18,092 bases of DNA, taken from positions 1-18,092 of the forward strand of contig CAZOYD010000066.1 in assembly GCA_964583985.1 (NCBI GenBank). Direction: 5' to 3'. This document shows positions 10,805 to 17,385 of the stretch, piece after piece. Each line of letters begins with the position of its first letter. Position 1 is the first letter of the stretch. A program made the position numbers and the translations under genes. The notes under the pieces were generated by a model. The model worked only from the letters and a program-made list of their open reading frames with translations. It was not told the DNA's origin and made no database searches. Origin of the DNA: an uncultured archaeon. GTDB lineage: Archaea > Asgardarchaeota > Lokiarchaeia > Sigyniarchaeales > SOKP01.

Positions 10805-12463
10805 TTAATGGAATAAATAGAGAAATCGTTCCATGTAATATAAACAAACTTGATTGTAAACCCCCGTGAAATAATAATCCAGTACATGACCTGCGAATGG
10901 TAACAGAATACGTATGATATTAGGATTATTATATTGAAGGTACTTGTTTTTTAATGTCAATGAAATACTAGGATCAACGATACCATCACTACCTCCATGA
11001 ATCACGAGGCATGGAGGACTTGATTGATTGACCAAGAGTTCTGGTTGGACTAAATCTTCTGATCCCGGAATGCCGAGGATTGAAGTAGCAATTCCATTTG
11101 CAGGATATAATGGAACGATCCCTTTAATTGTTAGATCTTGACTAAAAAGTGAAGAATAAGAAGGATGATGATATGCAAAAGCCACAGCACATGCTAATTG
11201 TCCACCTGAAGATCCACCGGTGATAAATACCGAATCGAGATTTGCATTATAATCTTTTGAATAATTCGCCAAATATTTAGTAAATATTCCTATGTGCCTC
11301 ACCATATCGTCGATAGTAAAATCTCCCTTGACGTTTTCTGGAGTTATCATCCCAAAAGGCATTGAATTTCTTAAACCATACTGAATATCGAATACGACAT
11401 ATCCTTGAGCAGCGAAATATTTATTGTTTTGTATTTTATTTGTAAATCCTTTATCTGCTAAACTCCATCCTCCCCCGTGAATTGAGATTAAAACTGAATT
11501 ATTACCGGGCAAGTTGTTAGTAAGAGGTATATATGCATCATAATATAACTCAACTCCATCTCCCTCATAATATAAAACATCTTTTACGATTTCGCATTTT
11601 TTAGGAGATTCTCCTAACAAATATTTTGAAATCGAAAATGGGCTATCTAAGAAGAATGGCTGAGCCGTTTCAATTTTCTCATCCCAATCTGAACCAAAGG
11701 CATTTTCAAAATCAAAATTTGCTCGAATTATTGTAGAATTGATTGAGAATAATGGTAACAAACAAATAACAATCGTGAAAATTCCTATACTTGAAAAGAA
11801 AATCCTCCTGATTTTATCTGGTTTTGTTTTTATCAAGAAGAGAAAAAAAGCAAGAAAAGCAAAAAAAAGACCTAAAGACACTTGAGAGGCTGCAGCTAAC
11901 ACTCCAGCAGCATAATTCGAACTTCCATTTATTATTGAAAGTGAATAAAGAAACCCGATTATTAAAAATGTTTTGCAAGTGAAACTTCTTTTTTTTAACT
12001 GTCTTTTACTCATAGACTTTTTATATTTCAATTTTTTAACTCCTTGCATTGAAATCAACAGGTAATAATTGACTAGAAATCCACAAAAAGATAATGAAAA
12101 GAACCCAAAATAGCTCATAGTTGAATATAATGATACTTCAATTTGATAATAAGATGCCGAAATGAGGAAATTTCCTAAAAGCATCAATAAAGGAGACAAG
12201 ATCGTAAGAACGAGATATAACTCGCTTAACTTCCATATAAGATGTTTCTCTGATTCAAACCCAACGAAATATATAATGATTACATTATAAATCCAACTCA
12301 CGAGAACTAGGATTGCAAAAATGTCAAAAAGTTTAATTTCAAAAACCATCAATATGCAATATGAGATTTCAAATAAAAAAGCATAGATATTAAAGCAAAT
12401 TCCAAGAAAACTGAGTAATTTCAAGTTCTTTTCTTTTTTCAGAAATACTGAATGATTGAGCAT
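10805..12463 (-). CDS. Membrane-anchored alpha/beta hydrolase (HSL-like esterase/lipase) with multi-TM N-terminus
   Basis: IHGGGW oxyanion motif, GGSSGG nucleophile elbow, IHGGSDGIV Asp, AGH His; several N-terminal TM helices. Confidence 0.88.
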   Translation of the reverse strand: MLNHSVFLKKEKNLKLLSFLGICFNIYAFLFEISYCILMVFEIKLFDIFAILVLVSWIYNVIIIYFVGFESEKHLIWKLSELYLVLTILSPLLMLLGNFLISASYYQIEVSLYSTMSYFGFFSLSFCGFLVNYYLLISMQGVKKLKYKKSMSKRQLKKRSFTCKTFLIIGFLYSLSIINGSSNYAAGVLAAASQVSLGLFFAFLAFFLFLIKTKPDKIRRIFFSSIGIFTIVICLLPLFSINSTIIRANFDFENAFGSDWDEKIETAQPFFLDSPFSISKYLLGESPKKCEIVKDVLYYEGDGVELYYDAYIPLTNNLPGNNSVLISIHGGGWSLADKGFTNKIQNNKYFAAQGYVVFDIQYGLRNSMPFGMITPENVKGDFTIDDMVRHIGIFTKYLANYSKDYNANLDSVFITGGSSGGQLACAVAFAYHHPSYSSLFSQDLTIKGIVPLYPANGIATSILGIPGSEDLVQPELLVNQSSPPCLVIHGGSDGIVDPSISLTLKNKYLQYNNPNIIRILLPFAGHVLDYYFTGVYNQVCLYYMERFLYLFH

Positions 12464-12472
12464 CTAAACTAC

Positions 12473-12750
12473 TTATTCCTCATCTAATAAATCAATATAT
12501 GGAAATGTTTTTATTTCAATTTTGTTTTCCGTAGCTTTGATTAACTTTTGAATGCTAATTTTAAAAATAGTAATATCTTTTCTAGTTTTTACCACAGAGC
12601 CGATTATTATATTTGAAGGAGGTTTTAGAAAAAATTAAGACAACATCATTTCTTTCTAAAATTTAGTTGATAGGCAAAAAAGTTTCCAAATCCCTCTAAA
12701 AACTTGAATCCTGCTTCACTTGCCCATCTTTTTTCAGTTTTGCGTAAAGG
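12473..12750 (-). pseudogene. Two adjacent protein-like gene remnants
   Basis: Open stretch 12646-12750 reads PLRKTEKRWASEAGFKFLEGFGNFFAYQLNFRKK*. Open stretch 12473-12634 reads FFLKPPSNIIIGSVV...FPYIDLLDEE*. They are joined by an ATGA overlap at 12646-12649, and each is cut by an upstream in-frame TAA. Confidence 0.35.
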
Positions 12751-12969
12751 TTAATCTGGATAATATAAAAACCCCCCTATAAATCTTGTTGACAGGTATT
12801 CATCAAAGAATTTGTTGCGTTGAAAAGAGTTGATAACATAACCATTTTAATTTTAAAATTGAATGAAATTCAGAATAAAATTAGCCAAAATCTAAATAAA
12901 AGTATAAAAAGTATAAAGAAAAAAAATAAAATTCTCGAAGGAAATTCACTTCCTGGATGAATTTATGGT

Positions 12970-13012
12970 TTAATCCACCATGTCTTCAAAAGCTTCAAGG
13001 ACTAACTCAATT
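12970..13012 (-). repeat. Direct repeat of the SCP2 3' exon (copy of 14205-14247)
   Basis: ttaatccaccatgtcttcaaaagcttcaagg(a/g)ctaactcaatt; 42/43 identical, 1235 bp apart. Confidence 0.95.
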
Positions 13013-13132
13013 CCCACATCTGGTTGTGACACTTTAGCAAAGCGGAGTCTGTGTCGTAATATCACCGAAGGATCCAGATTACATTACGGCACAATCGTAG
13101 CGGCGCGAGTTGCGTACAACCTGATGAAGTAA
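13013..13132. other. GC-rich (~48%) long imperfect hairpin; possible ncRNA, intron or element end
   Basis: Outer arms catctggttgt (13017-13027) / acaacctgatg (13116-13126). Inner arms tgtgtcgtaat (13050-13060) / attacggcaca (13083-13093). Confidence 0.65.
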
Positions 13133-13180
13133 AATGATTACAATTTTTAAAAATGATTTATATGCATGCGTGATTGAACC

Positions 13181-13274
13181 TAATTCTTCTGAACCCATGA
13201 TATCGAGAATTGAAGTAGCGATTCCATTTGCAGGATAAAATGGAATGATCCCTTTAATTGGCAATGCTTGACTA
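13181..13274 (-). pseudogene. Internal fragment of an alpha/beta hydrolase gene, homologous to 11051-11144
   Basis: Ungapped alignment 78/94 nt. Translates IKGIIPFYPANGIATSILDIMGSEEL versus IKGIVPLYPANGIATSILGIPGSEDL in the intact gene. Confidence 0.9.
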
Positions 13275-13775
13275 TTAGTGAATGTTTTCTTCATACTTTT
13301 TCAAATCAATAAAGAGAATAGAGTTATTCTTCCGATCTCGAAACCATTCAAATCCCATATTTACCTTTTCTAAGTAATAGTTTTTCATATCTAGAGTTGT
13401 TTCCACTAACAATAAGCGACACGCAATGATTTTACTTGCTTCTAATGATTTTTCTAAGGCGATTTTTATCAATGTATTTCCGAGGTTCTTATGTTTATAC
13501 TTTTTATCTACACCTAAGCGACCGAGAAGTACTATTGGTACTTTATCAATTCCAAATATACGTGCATCTCCTGTATTTAACTGGGAAGCAGAAAGTGTTA
13601 AAAAAGCAATTACAATATTAGAATCTTTCAAACAAAATACATATGTTTTTGAAAGCTTTCGTTCTTGATTGAGGAGAGCTAGATCAGTTAAAAAAGAGTT
13701 AATGACTCGTTCCCCACAGTCAAAAGATTCAATAATAGCGTCTTTATCTAATTGTTTAAAAAGTAAATCCGTCAA
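13275..13775 (-). CDS. GNAT-family toxin (AtaT/TacT-like acetyltransferase)
   Basis: SFDCGERVINSFL, SKTYV, PIVLLGRLGVDKKYKHKNLGNTLI, CRLLLVE are characteristic of GNAT toxins of type II TA systems; TTG start. Confidence 0.82.
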   Translation of the reverse strand: MTDLLFKQLDKDAIIESFDCGERVINSFLTDLALLNQERKLSKTYVFCLKDSNIVIAFLTLSASQLNTGDARIFGIDKVPIVLLGRLGVDKKYKHKNLGNTLIKIALEKSLEASKIIACRLLLVETTLDMKNYYLEKVNMGFEWFRDRKNNSILFIDLKKYEENIH

Positions 13776-13789
13776 TTGAAAAAGCCCTT

Positions 13790-14035
13790 TTATAATTTCT
13801 CAATTTCTTCTAATGATATTGTATATTCCTTCTCTTCCAAATTTTGATAGAACTGGTGTGAAGATTTAAAAAAAGAATGAGTTCTTTCATCAATTACTCG
13901 ATTTTCAAGTTTGTTTTCAAGATCTTGAATCTCGTGTTCGGTTAAAATGATCTCTTCAGAATCATCAAAGTAGAAGTTTTCTTCAGATATTTTCTCTTCT
14001 TTTTTCATTTGTTTTTCTTTTGGGGTTGTCATCAT
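13790..14035 (-). CDS. Putative acidic antitoxin upstream of the GNAT toxin
   Basis: 81 aa, very acidic, 14 nt upstream of the toxin. EEIILTEHEIQDLENKLEN resembles the toxin-binding C-terminal part of DUF1778 antitoxins. Confidence 0.6.
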   Translation of the reverse strand: MMTTPKEKQMKKEEKISEENFYFDDSEEIILTEHEIQDLENKLENRVIDERTHSFFKSSHQFYQNLEEKEYTISLEEIEKL

Positions 14036-14130
14036 AATATATATTGCAATATTCCTATAAATGATTTATTATCAGGACTCGATTATATCCATAATTCTAA
14101 AATTTTTTTTAGAATAAATAAATTTAAATT

Positions 14131-14169
14131 AAAAAAAAAAATTAAATATAAAAAATAGAATAAAAAAAA
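14131..14169 (-). terminator. Oligo-T tracts downstream of the reconstructed SCP2 stop
   Basis: A10 (14131-14140) and A8 (14162-14169) runs on + are T runs on the minus strand, starting ~35 nt after TAA at 14205. Confidence 0.45.
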
Positions 14170-14204
14170 GTAAAGATAATTAACGATATGGATATATTAT
14201 TGAC

Positions 14205-14692
14205 TTAATCCACCATGTCTTCAAAAGCTTCAAGGGCTAACTCAATTTAAGAGGTTTGAGGGATTTCCTCAAATTTTATCTCTTGGAAAGCCATTGCGTC
14301 TTGAAGATTACCTTCTACTGTAATATCACCAGCCATATAGGCACTTGTGGCGTTTTAGCGCTGTTTAGAATTTAAACTAGCTCAACTTCGCCAAACAACA
14401 TGCCTGCACCAACTTCTTGGGTTGCGGAAAATGTGAAAGATGGATTGTCAACAACACCTTCTCCGAATTCAAGAGTGCCATCATGAGCTTTTAGCCAAAA
14501 TTTAGCGTCTTTATCGGTTATGATCATTTGAATAACGATATCCATGTCTTCTAATTCTTCTTTGAGGTCTTCGTTTTCTTCAGCAATTTGCTTGAATAGT
14601 TCGAATACTTTTAAAGAATCAGCAGGTGATGCTGCTGCTGCTCCAGCGTCAAACTTTCCTTTCATTTCATTAATTAATGCTTCGTCAACCAT
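14205..14692 (-). CDS. SCP2 sterol/lipid-carrier protein, 142 aa after removal of two BHB introns (exons 14692-14383, 14353-14277, 14246-14205)
   Basis: Exons 310+77+42 = 429 nt give MVDEAL...FGEGVVDNPSFTFSATQEVGAGMLFGEVDATSAYMAGDITVEGNLQDAMAFQEIIELALEAFEDMVD*. This includes the SCP2 C-terminal signature G.xD...AxMxGxIxVxG that is missing from the listed 110-aa ORF. Confidence 0.88.
14247..14276 (-). other. 30-nt BHB-type intron 2 in the SCP2 mRNA
   Basis: CAA-GAGA-TA^A-aaTTTGAGG aaatc CCTCAAAcc-TCTT-AA^A-TTG; removal gives GAG ATA ATT GAG (E-I-I-E) and deletes an in-frame TAA. Confidence 0.85.
14354..14382 (-). other. 29-nt BHB-type intron 1 in the SCP2 mRNA
   Basis: TGGCG-AAGT-TG^A-GCTAGTTTA aattc TAAACAGC-GCTA-AA^A-CGCCA; removal gives GTT GAC GCC (V-D-A). 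Confidence 0.82.
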
Positions 14693-15121
14693 TTTGATTT
14701 TCAACCTTCTTTTATAGTTTTGTACTTATTTTGATTGTTAGGTTATAATAAATACTATTAAGTATAACTTTTTACTATATAAAAAGATTATATTTCTTCT
14801 TATATAATATAGTAAAATTGGAATGCATTACTTTTTTAAATTACTATTTTTTTCGTCGGTAATAGAAAAGTTTTAGAGGGAGAAACATGATAAATATCTT
14901 GATAAGGGTAAAAACTTAAAAAGTTGTTTTCAAAAATGTAAATGCATTAACAACTTTAAATATACGTGAAGAGATGAAGGATTTTTCTTGCGTGTATTAC
15001 TTAAACCATAAAAATAAAAGCATTTAATCAATGAGAATAATAAAACTTTGCTTTAAAATAAATTAATACACTCCTATCATATTTTAATTCAGAATCATTG
15101 CTTTTCTGGGTGTTTTGACAA

Positions 15122-16276
15122 ATGATAAAGAAGAACAGAAAAGATTATTTAGAAATCAAGAATGAATTGAAGATTTATTTTGATAAAATTTTTGATAATT
15201 ACCCTGATATACCAGAGAACCTTCCTAGCTTAAGAAATATAGGTAATATGTTCAAAGTCGCAAGAAACTTTGTAAAGAAGTATCTCTTAAGTGAATATAT
15301 TTCATTGCACTTTGATGAAGATCCTTCTGAATTATACTCCCGTTACTGGCCAAAAACGCGTTCTGAAAAAATAGATGAGATTCATGATAAACTAATTGAA
15401 GAATTTAGTTATCAATTTAATAGGTATTATCCCAATGAAATAGAATGTATTTCTACAATAGGGCAATTATCTAAAAAATATGGAGTTGGATTTATTTCTA
15501 TCAAAGTATGGCTAATGGATTATATTAAAGAAATATTTGAAATTAATATCGCTGAAAAGATATATACTGAAATCTTTCCAACATTATCATCACAATCACC
15601 TTCTTATACTGATATCAAATGCCTTATTGAGAGCAGACAAGGTCAGTTGTTAACATGTGAAACTGACTGGAATAATATGAAAGAACAGCCTACAAAAAGA
15701 TATATTGACATAAAATGCAAATTTGGGCACAATTGGAGCCCTACCATTAACGGTTTATTATATGATAATCGATGGTGTCCAACTTGTAATGAAAGTAAAG
15801 GAGAACAGTTAACACGAATGTATATGGAGGCAATCTTTTCAAAGATTTCTGGGAATCCTATAAAATTTCCAACTGTTACACTTTATAATGCATTTCATAT
15901 TGATGTTAATAGAGGAGGAAGGATGCATTTTGACGGATATAATCCAAATGTAAAAATAAGGAAAAAATTTTTCAGAATTGCTTTTGAATATGATGGAAAA
16001 CAGCATGATACATACCCAAATTCAATCCATAGAAAATTTTCAGAATTTCAAGAACTGCAGAAAAGGGATAAGTTAAAAGAAACTATATGTAATCTACTTA
16101 AATTTAAAACAATCTTAATTAGAATTAAAGAAATCTTGGGTTTTAATTGTTCTAATCCTCAAAGTTTTCAAACTGAAATTATTCGACAATTTCAAAAAAA
16201 CACGGGAATAAAGATTTCTAATTTGCCTATGCTGGAGTATAATATACTTGAAAATAATTTAAATAGAAAAAAGTAA
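15122..16276 (+). CDS. Putative free-standing endonuclease: two N-terminal HTH-like repeats, Zn ribbon, Vsr/DUF559-like nuclease domain
   Basis: KCKFGHNW...WCPTC Zn ribbon; ESKGE, FDGY, IAFEYDGKQH, QKRDKLKETIC, LIRI nuclease-type motifs. Confidence 0.75.
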   Translation: MIKKNRKDYLEIKNELKIYFDKIFDNYPDIPENLPSLRNIGNMFKVARNFVKKYLLSEYISLHFDEDPSELYSRYWPKTRSEKIDEIHDKLIEEFSYQFNRYYPNEIECISTIGQLSKKYGVGFISIKVWLMDYIKEIFEINIAEKIYTEIFPTLSSQSPSYTDIKCLIESRQGQLLTCETDWNNMKEQPTKRYIDIKCKFGHNWSPTINGLLYDNRWCPTCNESKGEQLTRMYMEAIFSKISGNPIKFPTVTLYNAFHIDVNRGGRMHFDGYNPNVKIRKKFFRIAFEYDGKQHDTYPNSIHRKFSEFQELQKRDKLKETICNLLKFKTILIRIKEILGFNCSNPQSFQTEIIRQFQKNTGIKISNLPMLEYNILENNLNRKK

Positions 16277-16372
16277 ACAGATAAAAAATAGTACCCATAA
16301 TTCTAATATTAAGTGATTAGAAACATTATACCCTCCTCTTATATAAATTCCAGAAATTTTTATTTCTAGAAT

Positions 16373-17245
16373 ATGCTTGAAAAAAGTGAGTCTCTTGCTG
16401 AGATGTTAGGGATAATCCTTGGAGATGGTCGTCTGAGATGGGATCCCACAGGAAGGCATTATCAATTGGATGTCATTCTAAATTGGGTTGAAGAAAAAGA
16501 TTATGTCCTTTATGTTAATGATCTTATGATGAGATTATTCCAATATAAACCTAAATTATCAAGGCAAATAAATGAGGATGGTTCAATAGGAAAGGGTATA
16601 TATCTTACTATTTATAGCAAAAAACTAGTCTATGAACTAATATCCTTAGGTTTAATACCTGGAAATAAAGTAGAGAACCAAATCAAAGTCCCAAAATGGA
16701 TTAAGGAATGCAAATCCTATATGATAGCGTGTTTAAAAGGACTATTTGATACTGATGGTTCCATATTTCCTGTCATAAAAGAAGGTGCAATTAAAATGAA
16801 TTTTAAAAATGGATCTCTATCTTTAGTTGAAGATTTCAAAGAAATGACAGAATTATTTGAAATCAAGACATCAAAAATATCTTCTTACTCTGAGATTACG
16901 GAAAAAACAAATGAATTCTCAATTACCTTTATTTTACAGATCCAAGCAAGAAACCAAGTGAAAAAGTTCCTAGATATTATAAATCCTATGAAATGGGAAT
17001 ATCGAAAAGAATATTTATTAAAAATAATAACGAATCCTTTTGATTATACTATGGAATATTATTCTGATAGTGATATTGAAAATTGGATATTACTTTATGA
17101 AAAATTTAAATCTTATAGGCTAGTTAGTGAATGCATATTGAAAGAACAAGGAAAATCTCCGAAAATTGATACAATACGATTACGAATAAAAAAATATTTT
17201 GGTGAGAAATATGAAAAATGGCTAAAAGATGTTAAAAGTATGTAA
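16373..17245 (+). CDS. Free-standing two-motif LAGLIDADG homing-endonuclease-like protein
   Basis: LAEMLGIILGDG and ACLKGLFDTDG motifs, with GL.PGNK...IKVPKWI between them. No intein splicing blocks. Stop lies 17 nt from the tRNA 3' end. Confidence 0.88.
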   Translation: MLEKSESLAEMLGIILGDGRLRWDPTGRHYQLDVILNWVEEKDYVLYVNDLMMRLFQYKPKLSRQINEDGSIGKGIYLTIYSKKLVYELISLGLIPGNKVENQIKVPKWIKECKSYMIACLKGLFDTDGSIFPVIKEGAIKMNFKNGSLSLVEDFKEMTELFEIKTSKISSYSEITEKTNEFSITFILQIQARNQVKKFLDIINPMKWEYRKEYLLKIITNPFDYTMEYYSDSDIENWILLYEKFKSYRLVSECILKEQGKSPKIDTIRLRIKKYFGEKYEKWLKDVKSM

Positions 17246-17279
17246 TTGAATTGATAAGTGATTGGCGCCCACACCGGGA

Positions 17280-17309
17280 ATTTCATCGCGTATGGTTTTC
17301 ATACGCGGA
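17280..17309 (-). other. tRNA intron at position 59/60 (T-loop), near-canonical BHB
   Basis: CCGGG-TTCA-AA^T-cCGCGTATG aaaac CATACGCGa-TGAA-AT^T-CCCGG; splicing restores TTCAAAT. Confidence 0.9.
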
Positions 17310-17355
17310 TTTGAACCCGGGTCGCAGGAGTGACAGTCCCGAATGCTGGACCGGA

Positions 17356-17385
17356 TTATGCGTGAGGTTTGAAGCAATCCTTACT
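17356..17385 (-). other. tRNA intron at position 15/16 (D-loop), relaxed BHB
   Basis: GTGT-AG^A-GTAAGG attgcttcaaa CCTCAC-GCAT-AA^T; central helix GTGT/GCAT; no clear outer helix. Confidence 0.8.

Noticed and set aside
13056-13066. 11-nt match (gtaatatcacc) to SCP2 exon 2 at 14320-14330, at nearly the spliced-mRNA spacing from the exon-3 copy (44 vs 43 nt)
   Set aside because: The intervening sequence shows no similarity and the 11-mer is part of the hairpin stem, so a retro-copied SCP2 cannot be supported. Probably chance.
13013-13132. Hairpin as an integron attC site, hammerhead ribozyme or 5S rRNA
   Set aside because: The arms run GTT...AAC rather than RYYYAAC...GTTRRRY. CTGATGA at 13121 is not followed by a stem plus GAAA. 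No 5S conserved motifs are present.
13079-13294. 71-aa ORF as a genuine gene
   Set aside because: A chimera of the toxin 3' end, the esterase fragment and hairpin sequence.
3708-13668. Short overlapping ORFs (3708, 3950, 4673, 7115, 7791, 8609, 8856, 9965, 10283, 13426, 13436)
   Set aside because: Shadow or alternative-frame ORFs overlapping well-supported genes, with no motifs.
14372-14704. 110-aa ORF as a complete gene or simple pseudogene
   Set aside because: Its stop lies inside the first hairpin insert. The conserved SCP2 C-terminus continues downstream and is restored exactly by BHB-position excision.
16373-17245. LAGLIDADG ORF as an intein or as encoded within the tRNA intron
   Set aside because: No intein N- or C-terminal splicing motifs or host exteins; it lies outside and antisense to the tRNA.
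15000-17279. Integrase-type island at the tRNA-Asp 3' end
   Set aside because: I found no integrase and no second copy of the tRNA 3' end in the window.
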